This document shows positions 26,879 through 35,352 of a stretch of 64,000 bases of DNA, piece by piece. The stretch covers positions 277,917-341,916 of the forward strand of contig CAISET010000002.1 in assembly GCA_903884505.1 (NCBI GenBank). Direction: 5' to 3'. Position numbers and translations under genes: made by a program. Position 1 is the stretch's first letter. Each line of letters starts with the position of its first letter. Source of the DNA: an uncultured Candidatus Micrarchaeota archaeon. Its GTDB lineage: Archaea; Micrarchaeota; Micrarchaeia; Burarchaeales; Fermentimicrarchaeaceae. The notes below the pieces were generated by a model. The model made no database searches. It worked only from the letters and a program-made list of their open reading frames with translations, and was not told the origin of the DNA.

Positions 26879-27766
26879 TCAATCAGGCCCTTTAAATATG
26901 CAGCCGATGAGCTTGTACGCGAGCCGCGCCGCAAGGAAGTCGGATGCCGGATTCCCAGGTATCGGCGCGAGCTCCACCACATCGAAGCCGACAACCCTCT
27001 TCTGCGCGCACACCCTCCTCAATATCTGCATCACTTCATGCCAGCGGAAGCCCCCTGGCTCCGGAGTGCCTGTTGCGGGCACCTCACTCGGGTCAAACGC
27101 ATCCATGTCGATTGAGATGTAAACATCATCGCTCAGCGCAGGCAGCGCATTGTCAAGCGTGGCTGCCAACCCTTCCTCCCTTATGTCATGCATGAAGAAC
27201 GTCCTGACATTCTCGCTCCCTTTCATGAACTCCGCTTCCTCTGCGGAAAGCGACCTTATCCCGAGCTGCACAACCGGGCATATCTCGCTGGCCCTCCGCA
27301 TTACGCTCGCGTGGCCATACTTCGTCCCCTCGAACGCGTCCCTGAGGTCGGCATGCGCATCGATATGCAGGATTGAAACGCCGTCATGCTTCTCATTAAT
27401 CGCCCTTATCGCGCCTAGGGATACCGAGTGCTCCCCCCCTAGCATTACAGGGAACTTCTCCGCCTCCAATATCTCCTCGACCGCCTCCTCTACGCGCGCT
27501 ATGGTCTCCTCCGGCGACTTGAACGAAGGCTCAAGCTCATCCAGCGTGAAAATTCCGACATCCGCGGGCGAATAGCCCAGCTCCTCATCGTAGAGCTCCA
27601 TGTTCCGCGACGCCTGGATTATCGCATGCGGCCCGTTCCGCGCCCCGGCGTTGTATGACGTAGTGGAGTCATATGGCACAGGCAGGACGACAATGCGGCA
27701 ATCCTTGAACTCCTTCGCCTCTATTCCGCAGAAATTGAACGGTGGGAGTGAATGCAACAGCTTCAA
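26879..27766 (-). CDS. agmatinase / arginase-family ureohydrolase
   Basis: Mn-binding motifs DAHADL, GGEHS and SIDMDAFDP. Confidence 0.8.
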   Translation of the reverse strand: MKLLHSLPPFNFCGIEAKEFKDCRIVVLPVPYDSTTSYNAGARNGPHAIIQASRNMELYDEELGYSPADVGIFTLDELEPSFKSPEETIARVEEAVEEILEAEKFPVMLGGEHSVSLGAIRAINEKHDGVSILHIDAHADLRDAFEGTKYGHASVMRRASEICPVVQLGIRSLSAEEAEFMKGSENVRTFFMHDIREEGLAATLDNALPALSDDVYISIDMDAFDPSEVPATGTPEPGGFRWHEVMQILRRVCAQKRVVGFDVVELAPIPGNPASDFLAARLAYKLIGCIFKGPD

Positions 27767-27770
27767 AAAA

Positions 27771-28856
27771 TCACCCGTAAGTGAGCTTCAGCTCACCGTT
27801 GCCCCAGTCAAACGCCGGCTTCTTCCTTTTGCGCGCAATCTCAAGCGCATTGTCATACAATGCGTGCGCAACTATCGGGAGCGCAATCGTGGCATCGACG
27901 AACACCTGCGCGGTCTTCGCCCGCCTGCCTATTTTTCCCCATGAGACTGCCTCTTCAAACGTGCATCCGCTCAGGCCGCCCCAGTGCGGCGCGTCAGTAG
28001 TATATTGCACTGCATACTCATGCCCGGGCATCTCCACCCCAAGAATAAGGTTGAGTAGCTCGGTCTGCTGGATGAAGTTCTTTGGAACTCCCCCGCCAAT
28101 GTAGACAACTCCGGTCATCTTCGCCCTTTCCGCAATTTGCACGGTCTCATCCGCATCCGCAATATTGTCCACAACTATAAATCTCTTGTCAGTGCGCAGC
28201 AGCCGCCTCCCCTGCTTCCCGTCCTTCCATCCCCGGCGTGCCATTACGAAGGAATAGCCGATTGAAGAGTCCGCGAGCGCAGGGCAAAAGACCGGGACGC
28301 CTGCGCGCGCAGCCTCGCCGACAATCGAGTCTTCAGCCTTCAGCGCAAGCAGCTCCTTCCCAAGCAATCCTATGAACTCGCGCGAAGAGACGGGCCTTTC
28401 AAGCTCGAGCTTCTCGATTATCCCCTGCACCCACCTGTCCGTCTTCCTGAACTTCTGCTCCTCGCCGAATACGTCATACATCCTGTCAACGGACTCATCC
28501 AGGAGCTCCTCGTCATCAACGTGCGCGCTCCCTTTCCAGTGGTAGTTGCCAAGCGCTTCGTGCACATCATGGAAGAGCTGCGCGCCGGAGGAAACAAGAA
28601 CATCAATCATCCGCTCCCTTATCATCCACGCAATTATCTTGCGCATCCCGGCAGGCACCATCGCGCCGGACAGCCCCATCATTATCGTTATGTTCTCCTC
28701 CCTCAGCATGTCCGCCCATATCTGCACAGATTCCCCGAGCTTTCTCCCCTGGAATCCGGTCTCTGCCATCGCGTCCGTTAGCTGGCCGATGCTCTTTTTG
28801 CCGACCGTTACGGGTGTCACTGGCTTCTGCAAAAATTTGCTCATCTCACCACACAT
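27771..28856 (-). CDS. dys: deoxyhypusine synthase
   Basis: GGGVPKNF and DAPHWGGLSGCTFEEAVSWGKI are typical DHS motifs. Adjacent to agmatinase, as in many archaea. Confidence 0.85.
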   Translation of the reverse strand: MCGEMSKFLQKPVTPVTVGKKSIGQLTDAMAETGFQGRKLGESVQIWADMLREENITIMMGLSGAMVPAGMRKIIAWMIRERMIDVLVSSGAQLFHDVHEALGNYHWKGSAHVDDEELLDESVDRMYDVFGEEQKFRKTDRWVQGIIEKLELERPVSSREFIGLLGKELLALKAEDSIVGEAARAGVPVFCPALADSSIGYSFVMARRGWKDGKQGRRLLRTDKRFIVVDNIADADETVQIAERAKMTGVVYIGGGVPKNFIQQTELLNLILGVEMPGHEYAVQYTTDAPHWGGLSGCTFEEAVSWGKIGRRAKTAQVFVDATIALPIVAHALYDNALEIARKRKKPAFDWGNGELKLTYG

Positions 28857-28874
28857 TTTTTCTGGCAGGGCTGG

Positions 28875-30023
28875 TTAAATAATCTTCTGCTTTTTTCTCC
28901 AGCATCCGCATTCCGCAGAAATCCGTTCATAGGCTTCAATCAGCGGCATCCTCTTCCGGCGGGCTATTGCACGCACGTCGTCAAACTCAGGCTTGCACTT
29001 CTCAATCCCGGCCGAGCACTTCACGTGCACGGCCCCCAAGCTGGTCTTCACAATGACAATCTTCCGCTCGAGCATGTGCTTCTGGACCGGAATCTCCCGG
29101 ACTCCCCATGTGGTCGTTTCCCTGAGCATTGCATCGAGCACGCGTTGCCTGTCCGCAACATTGCACAGCGCCTGGAGGATGACGCCAGGGCGGCCCTTCT
29201 TCGCTATAATCGGGATGATGCACGAGTCCTTCGCGCCTTCCTCCATCAGCCTCTCAGCGGCATACTGCAAGGCTTCCCCGCTCATGTCATCGATGTTCGC
29301 CTCAAGCATGATGAAATTCGCCCCACCTTCTCGCTCCCCGAGTGCCGCGCGAAGCACATTCGGCTTTTCAAGCTCAGCCTTCCCCGCACCGTAAGCCACC
29401 TTCTCCGCAACCATCTGCACGTCTTCCGCAGGCCTCGCGGCAGCCACAATCAGCGCAGCGCCTGTCGGAGTGCATAGCTCGTGCGAAGACTCTCTTATAA
29501 CAAATGGGAACCGCGCCTTCCTCAAAATCTCCATGGCTGCGGGCCCTGCCCCGCTTCCAACCCCGACTGGCAGCGCAAGCACTTGCGCGCCGCTGAATGC
29601 GCCAAGCTCGTCGAGAAGGGCTGCAGTCCCGATAATATCCATGATTGTGTCCTCCTCCGCAAGCTCGTGCAGATGAACGTCCCTGGTTCCATGCACGGCT
29701 TTCTCAGCCGCCAGGATTATGCCGAACGCCTTTGCGCAGAACTCCTGCGCGCCCTTCGATAGCCCAGCTGCTTTCGCCCCAGCGGCAATCCTCTTCTGCA
29801 TCTCCGCAGCCGAATACCGCACCGGCTTCCCCACGGCCTTCATCAGCCTCGCGCGCACATGCCCCCTTTCAACGAATCCGAAGCCCACCCGCTTCCCCAC
29901 GCCTGCCGCGCGCAGCTTCGCGTTCAGGAGCTTTTCGCTGCCGTCAACCAGGCCCGAAAGCGCAGAGATTAGCATGTCCCCGCTCGCGCCTGAGCCGGCA
30001 TCAACCAGAATTGCCTTGACCAC
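28875..30023 (-). CDS. larC: LarC-family nickel insertion protein (DUF111)
   Basis: ILVDAGSGASGDMLISAL...LHELAEEDTIMDIIG are DUF111/LarC N-terminal motifs. Confidence 0.75.
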   Translation of the reverse strand: MVKAILVDAGSGASGDMLISALSGLVDGSEKLLNAKLRAAGVGKRVGFGFVERGHVRARLMKAVGKPVRYSAAEMQKRIAAGAKAAGLSKGAQEFCAKAFGIILAAEKAVHGTRDVHLHELAEEDTIMDIIGTAALLDELGAFSGAQVLALPVGVGSGAGPAAMEILRKARFPFVIRESSHELCTPTGAALIVAAARPAEDVQMVAEKVAYGAGKAELEKPNVLRAALGEREGGANFIMLEANIDDMSGEALQYAAERLMEEGAKDSCIIPIIAKKGRPGVILQALCNVADRQRVLDAMLRETTTWGVREIPVQKHMLERKIVIVKTSLGAVHVKCSAGIEKCKPEFDDVRAIARRKRMPLIEAYERISAECGCWRKKQKII

Positions 30024-30055
30024 GTTTTTTAATAGGCGCGCGCAATATTAAAAGC

Positions 30056-30850
30056 GTGAGCAAAGGAAGGGCAAACGGAAAGCTGAAAACCCTGCTTGAG
30101 GTGCTTAGCAGCATGGTGCCAGCAGCAGTCGCGCTCTCCGGCGGCACAGACAGCTCCCTTCTTGCAGCAGCCGCTTTCCGCGCGCACAAAGGCTCGGTCG
30201 CAATCACTGTCGACGACGCAACCCTTCCGCGCAGCGAGCTTGCGGATGCAAAAAAAGTGGCAAGGTTGATAGGAATCCGCCACATAACCATCAAAATCGG
30301 CGCCCGCCCCAAAGCCTTCTTCGCAAATGACGCGCGCAGGTGCTACTACTGCAAAAAGCAGACCTTCGGGCGCATCCGCGAAGCAGCAACCGAGCTTGGC
30401 ATAAAGCATGTTCTTGACGGCACGAATGCGGATGACATTTACGATTTCAGGCCTGGGATGCGGGCTGCGCGCGAGGAAGGCGTGCGGTTCCCGCTGCTTG
30501 AGGCGGGCATGGGCAAATCCGACGTCCGGAAACTTGCGAAGTCGCTAAGCCTCCCGGTCTGGGACAAGCCCGCCTCAGCCTGCCTCGCCTCCCGCATCCA
30601 GCGCGGCATGCCCATAACGAAGCGGAAGCTCTCCCGCATCGAGGCGGCAGAGGAATTCCTTAAGCGCAAGTTCGGCGTGAGGCTCGTCCGCGTGCGCGAC
30701 CATGGGAATCTGGCGCGCATCCAGTTCAGCCGCAGCGAGATGCGCAGGCTGCGCGAGGACGGCGGGCTGGCAGCCGCATCGAGAAGGTTAAAATCACTCG
30801 GCTACAAATTCGTCTGCATGGATGCTGATGGCTATGTGCGCGGAAGTTGA
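30056..30850 (+). CDS. larE: LarE-like ATP-dependent sulfur transferase (PP-loop ATP pyrophosphatase)
   Basis: PP-loop SGGTDSS. Conserved Cys (ASACLASR). Confidence 0.75.
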   Translation: MSKGRANGKLKTLLEVLSSMVPAAVALSGGTDSSLLAAAAFRAHKGSVAITVDDATLPRSELADAKKVARLIGIRHITIKIGARPKAFFANDARRCYYCKKQTFGRIREAATELGIKHVLDGTNADDIYDFRPGMRAAREEGVRFPLLEAGMGKSDVRKLAKSLSLPVWDKPASACLASRIQRGMPITKRKLSRIEAAEEFLKRKFGVRLVRVRDHGNLARIQFSRSEMRRLREDGGLAAASRRLKSLGYKFVCMDADGYVRGS

Positions 30851-31583
30851 GGAAGTCCTGCAAGCAGTTCGGGGCGGCCGCCTCTCGATAAATGCAGCCG
30901 CGCGCAGGCTCAGGCTCAACAGCATCACCGAGGTAAGGGATTTCGCAAGGCTCGACTCATTCAGGGCCGCACGCTCCGGCATTCCGGAGATAATACTCGC
31001 AGAGGGCAAAAGCCCGGAAAAGGTAGTTATGATAGCGAAGGCCGCAAAATCGCCTATGCTCATAACCCGGATGGGGAACGGGCACACCGCGGCTCTGAAA
31101 AAGGCGTTTCCTAAGATGACCTACAACCGGAGCGCCCGCTCCGCATTCACCGGCAGCCTACCGGCAAAATCCGCAGGAAGAATAGGCGTGCTCGCGGCAG
31201 GCACGAGCGACGTGCCAATCGCGGAGGAAGCAGCTTTCACGGCCGAGGCAATGGGCTGCGAGGCGCTCCGCGCATATGATGTGGGGGTTGCCGGAATCCA
31301 CCGCCTTTTCAAGCCGCTGAAAAGCATGGTTGGGAAGGGGGCCCGCGCATTCGTAGTCGCTGCAGGAAGGGAGGGAACGCTCCCGGCAATAGTCGCGGGG
31401 CTCGTGGACGTGCCGGTGATAGGCCTTCCCATTTCAACGGGCTACGGATACGGGGGGAAGGGCGAGGCAGCGCTCAAATCCATGCTGCAGAGCTGCTCCT
31501 TTTTAACGGTTGTCAATATAGATAATGGGATTGGCGCAGGGGCCTGCGCCGCGTTGATTGCCAAGAAGGCGGTGGGAAAATGA
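30822..31583 (+). CDS. larB: LarB-like nickel-pincer nucleotide biosynthesis carboxylase (PurE-like)
   Basis: PurE-fold C-terminal half (IGVLAAGTSDVPIAEEA...VVAAGREGTLPAIVAGL.. VIGLPIS). The upstream N-terminal extension is typical of LarB. Confidence 0.7.
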   Translation: MLMAMCAEVEEVLQAVRGGRLSINAAARRLRLNSITEVRDFARLDSFRAARSGIPEIILAEGKSPEKVVMIAKAAKSPMLITRMGNGHTAALKKAFPKMTYNRSARSAFTGSLPAKSAGRIGVLAAGTSDVPIAEEAAFTAEAMGCEALRAYDVGVAGIHRLFKPLKSMVGKGARAFVVAAGREGTLPAIVAGLVDVPVIGLPISTGYGYGGKGEAALKSMLQSCSFLTVVNIDNGIGAGACAALIAKKAVGK

Positions 31584-32434
31584 ACATAAACGCGTTCATC
31601 AGGCTGACGAGGCTCGAGCATGCAGTTATGCTGTGCGCAGCAGTGCTCGTGGGCGAGATCATCGCATTGGGCCAGCTTCCCGACCTGCAGTACATCCTGC
31701 TCACCTTCTTCCCGCCGTTCCTCATAGAGATAGCCTCCTTCTCAATAAACGACCTGTTCGATGTTGATACGGACACCGCGAACAAGCGCTACGACCGCCC
31801 CTTGGTGACCGGTGACGCAAAGCTCGGGGAGGCGTTTTTCATCTCAATCGCAGGCTTTCTCGTAGGTGTCATGGCCGCCCTGCTTATAAGCGTCCCCGCT
31901 TTCGTCGTCGCGCTTCTCTTCGGCGCATTCGCATTCCTCTACAGCTACAAGCTGAAGGACATGCCCCTCGCGGGTAACATCTACATCGCGACTACGATGG
32001 CAATCCCCTTCATCTTCGGCAATCTCGCGGTCCTGAAACCACTTTCATCATCCATAATGCTTCTCGCCCTCATCGCATTCATGGCGGGCCTGGGCAGGGA
32101 GATACTCGGCACAGTGCGCGACATGGAAGGGGACGTGGCAGCCCGCAAATCGCGCACGCTTCCGGTGATAATCGGCAAGCAGCTCGCGCTCCTGCTCGCA
32201 GCCGTGCTGCTCATCATCGCGGTAATCCTCAGCGTAATCCCATTCACGTACCTGTCAGCGTACAAGGGCGACTACAACTACCTTATTCCAGTAGCAGTTG
32301 CCGACGTCCTCCTGCTATACGTGGCGGCAAGGGCCATCGGGGATTCCGAAGACTTCCTTTCGCGGGCGCGGCTCATAACGCTCGCCGCGCTCGGATTCGG
32401 CCTCATCGCCTTCCTGCTTGGCGCAATCTATTAG
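31580..32434 (+). CDS. UbiA-family prenyltransferase, likely digeranylgeranylglyceryl phosphate synthase
   Basis: INDLFDVDTDTANKRYDRPL (NDxxDxxxD) and a second Asp-rich motif (RDMEGD). 8-9 TM helices. Confidence 0.75.
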   Translation: MNINAFIRLTRLEHAVMLCAAVLVGEIIALGQLPDLQYILLTFFPPFLIEIASFSINDLFDVDTDTANKRYDRPLVTGDAKLGEAFFISIAGFLVGVMAALLISVPAFVVALLFGAFAFLYSYKLKDMPLAGNIYIATTMAIPFIFGNLAVLKPLSSSIMLLALIAFMAGLGREILGTVRDMEGDVAARKSRTLPVIIGKQLALLLAAVLLIIAVILSVIPFTYLSAYKGDYNYLIPVAVADVLLLYVAARAIGDSEDFLSRARLITLAALGFGLIAFLLGAIY

Positions 32435-32445
32435 AGTGGTCCATA

Positions 32446-33339
32446 ATGGAGACGATAACTGAGCTCAGCCTACCAATGAAGCTTTTTTCCAGAGGAAAGG
32501 TGCGCGACACCTACGAACTGGATAGCAGGCTGCTGATGGTGGCGACGGACCGTCTCTCAGCTTTCGATGTGGTTTTCAAAGAGGGGATACCGCTCAAAGG
32601 CGCGGTCCTCACGCAGCTAAGCGCCTTCTGGTTCACGAAGACGCGCAAGATAATCCGCAACCACCTCATCTCCACTAATGTCTCTGACTTCGGCAGCGCG
32701 GCCCAAAAATTCTCCGACGAGCTAAGCTACCGCTCAATGCTGGTCAGCAGAGCAAAGCCCGTGAAGGCGGAATGCGTTGTCAGGGGATACCTCTCAGGCT
32801 CAGGCTGGAAATCGTACCAGAAAACCGGCGAAATATGCGGAATAAGGCTCCCCAAGGGCCTGAAGGAGAGCAGCGAGCTTCCGGAGCCCATCTTCACCCC
32901 AACGACGAAGGAGGACGTGGGGAAGCACGACATGAACATCACCGTGCAGCAGCTCGCCGAGAAAATAGGGACTGACTTGGCAAAGGAGCTTGAGGAGAAA
33001 AGCCTGCAGCTCTACTCATCCGCAGCCAAATACGCGAGGAAGCGCGGCATAATCATCGCGGACACGAAATTCGAGTTCGGAATGGTCGGGGATGACCTCA
33101 TACTTATTGATGAGGCGCTCACGCCGGACAGCTCCCGCTTCTGGCCAGCAGATGGCTGGGAGCCGGGCAAGCCCCAGAAGTCATTCGACAAGCAATACGT
33201 CCGCGATTACCTTGAGTCAATCGGATGGAACAAGAGCCCCCCGCCCCCACCGCTCCCAAAAAGCATAATAGAGGGAACCACAAAGAAGTATGTGGAAGCC
33301 TACGAACGGATTACGGGCGAACGATTCCCCGCGAAATAG
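32446..33339 (+). CDS. purC: phosphoribosylaminoimidazole-succinocarboxamide (SAICAR) synthase
   Basis: GKVRDTYEL...ATDRLSAFD N-terminal signature. Confidence 0.9.
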   Translation: METITELSLPMKLFSRGKVRDTYELDSRLLMVATDRLSAFDVVFKEGIPLKGAVLTQLSAFWFTKTRKIIRNHLISTNVSDFGSAAQKFSDELSYRSMLVSRAKPVKAECVVRGYLSGSGWKSYQKTGEICGIRLPKGLKESSELPEPIFTPTTKEDVGKHDMNITVQQLAEKIGTDLAKELEEKSLQLYSSAAKYARKRGIIIADTKFEFGMVGDDLILIDEALTPDSSRFWPADGWEPGKPQKSFDKQYVRDYLESIGWNKSPPPPPLPKSIIEGTTKKYVEAYERITGERFPAK

Positions 33340-33344
33340 GTGAT

Positions 33345-33785
33345 ATGATGCCGGAAGTCCTCATAGTAATCGGAAGCGAATCGGACAAGAAGATTGCGGC
33401 CGCAGCCGTGCAGATGCTCGGCGAATTCGGCATCTCCAACTCAATAGTGGTTGCCAGTGCCCACAGGACGCCTGAGGAGCTGGAGAAGCTCGTCGCCTCC
33501 TCCAATGCAAAAGTCTTCATCGCAATCGCAGGCCTGAGTGCAGCCCTCCCAGGGGTAATCGCCTCAAAAACAACCAGGCCCGTGATCGGAGTGCCAGTCA
33601 ACGTTAAGCTCGAAGGCCTCGATGCGCTCCTCTCAATGATGCAGATGCCTTCCGGCATCCCGGTCGCAACCGTGGGGATAGACAATGGCAAGAATGCCGC
33701 TCTTCTCGCGGTCGAGATGCTTGCACTCTCGAGCCCGACCTTAACCAAGAAGCTCGAAGAGCACAGAGCGCGGAGCAAGAAGTGA
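33345..33785 (+). CDS. purE: phosphoribosylaminoimidazole carboxylase catalytic subunit / N5-CAIR mutase
   Basis: VLIVIGSESD...ASAHRTP...AGLSAALPGV...VIGVP. The ORF-table frame extends upstream to 33225; ATG at 33345 chosen. Confidence 0.88.
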   Translation: MMPEVLIVIGSESDKKIAAAAVQMLGEFGISNSIVVASAHRTPEELEKLVASSNAKVFIAIAGLSAALPGVIASKTTRPVIGVPVNVKLEGLDALLSMMQMPSGIPVATVGIDNGKNAALLAVEMLALSSPTLTKKLEEHRARSKK

Positions 33786-33792
33786 ACTGCAA

Positions 33793-34149
33793 ATGAAACG
33801 ATTGGCTCCGAAGATAACGCGCCAGAGGCTCCTTATCGAAGGGTTCTACAACATCCCGGTTGATAAGAATACTGTGACAGCCTTCTTCGATGGCATTACG
33901 GGGGAGCTGGGCTTGAAAGCTTACGGAAAGCCTGCCGTCCATTCCCCCTCGGGCCAGGGCAAAGCGATAAACCAGGGATTCGACGCCTTCGTGCCGCTTG
34001 TTGACTCCGGAATCAGCCTTTACGTCTGGAGCAACGCCCGGTTCTTCTCGATTGTCATCTACAGCTGCAGGCGTTTCGAGGTCAAAAAGGCGGTAGCATT
34101 TGCCAGGCACTTTTTCAGCGCAAGGGACTTGGCCTACCATTCATTCTAG
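33793..34149 (+). CDS. pyruvoyl-dependent decarboxylase of the SpeH (S-adenosylmethionine decarboxylase) family
   Basis: DSGISLYVWSN resembles the ESHISIHTWPE processing/active-site region of class 1 AdoMetDC. About 118 aa. Confidence 0.55.
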   Translation: MKRLAPKITRQRLLIEGFYNIPVDKNTVTAFFDGITGELGLKAYGKPAVHSPSGQGKAINQGFDAFVPLVDSGISLYVWSNARFFSIVIYSCRRFEVKKAVAFARHFFSARDLAYHSF

Positions 34150-35352
34150 CAGGTCGAAAATCTTCTTCGCAATCCCGCTCTTCCTTTCGGCAAATTTCGC
34201 TCCGTCACCGTTCTTTCTCAGGATTAGCACCTCATTCGTCTCCGTCCCGAACCCGGCCCCTTTTCTTGAAACATCATTCGCAACAATCAAATCAGCGCCA
34301 CACTTCCTCATCTTCTCCAGAGCCCTCCGCTTCAGTTCAGCATCGCTTACCCCGCTCTCCGCCTTGAAAAGCACAAGCCCGGCCTTCCTGTTCCATTTTC
34401 TAACGGCATCCGAAATCTTCGGCGCAGGCAAAAGGGAGATGTTAGCGTTCTTCCTTCCCGAACTCATCTTCCCCTTCTCCTTCTTCGCAATGAAATCGCC
34501 AACTGCCGCCGCAAGGGCTATCACGGCAGCGCCTTTGGCCTCCTTCCTGGCCGCAGCGTGCATCTCCGATGCGCTTCCCGCGCGCACAACCTTCAGATAG
34601 CCCGGAACCGGCGCCTCCGTATGGCCGGCAATGAGCGTCACATCCGCCCCGCGCAGCCACGCTTCCCTTGCGAGCGCAATCCCCATCCTTCCGCTGCTAG
34701 GGTTCGAGATGAACCGCACGTCATCGATTGGCTCCCTCGTCGCGCCGGCGGTCACAAGCACCTTCTTCCCCTTCAGCGTCCCCTTCGCGAGCCTTCTTAT
34801 GCAGACATCAACAATCTCGCGGCTCTCAGCAATCTTCGCCTTCCCCTCTTCCATCCGCGGCATGATTACCTGCACGCCTTTCTTCTTCAGGCGGGCTATG
34901 TTCTCTGCGACAAACGGGTTCTCATAGATGCTCAGGTGCATGGCCGGCACAACCACAATCGGAATTTTCGCCCCGAGCGCGGTGCTTGCGCAGGTCGTTA
35001 CCGGCGTATCGTCAATTCCCCAGACCATCTTCCCAATCGTATTCGCGGTGCATGGCGCAATTAGAAGCAGGTCTGATTTCCCCGCAGTCCCGCACAGCGA
35101 AATATGCTCGCACTCGCCAGTGAGTTCCGTGACAACGGGATTGCCCGTGGACCAGTGCATCAGCTGCGGGCCTACAAGCCCCTGTGCTGCGCGGCTCATC
35201 ACGCAGAATACTTCGGCGCCATGGCGCATCAGCCCGCGCGCAAGCTCCGGTGAGTTCGCCGCGGCGACGCTGCCGGTGATGCAGAGGCATATCTTCTTTC
35301 CCGCAAGCTCAGAGCCGCTCGAGCCGATGATTGATGTCGAGCTGTGCATCAT
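34141..35352 (-). CDS. coaBC: bifunctional phosphopantothenoylcysteine decarboxylase / phosphopantothenate-cysteine ligase
   Basis: N-terminal flavoprotein domain (ICLCITGSVAA...PAMH) and C-terminal DFP ligase domain. Confidence 0.85.
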   Translation of the reverse strand: MMHSSTSIIGSSGSELAGKKICLCITGSVAAANSPELARGLMRHGAEVFCVMSRAAQGLVGPQLMHWSTGNPVVTELTGECEHISLCGTAGKSDLLLIAPCTANTIGKMVWGIDDTPVTTCASTALGAKIPIVVVPAMHLSIYENPFVAENIARLKKKGVQVIMPRMEEGKAKIAESREIVDVCIRRLAKGTLKGKKVLVTAGATREPIDDVRFISNPSSGRMGIALAREAWLRGADVTLIAGHTEAPVPGYLKVVRAGSASEMHAAARKEAKGAAVIALAAAVGDFIAKKEKGKMSSGRKNANISLLPAPKISDAVRKWNRKAGLVLFKAESGVSDAELKRRALEKMRKCGADLIVANDVSRKGAGFGTETNEVLILRKNGDGAKFAERKSGIAKKIFDLLE

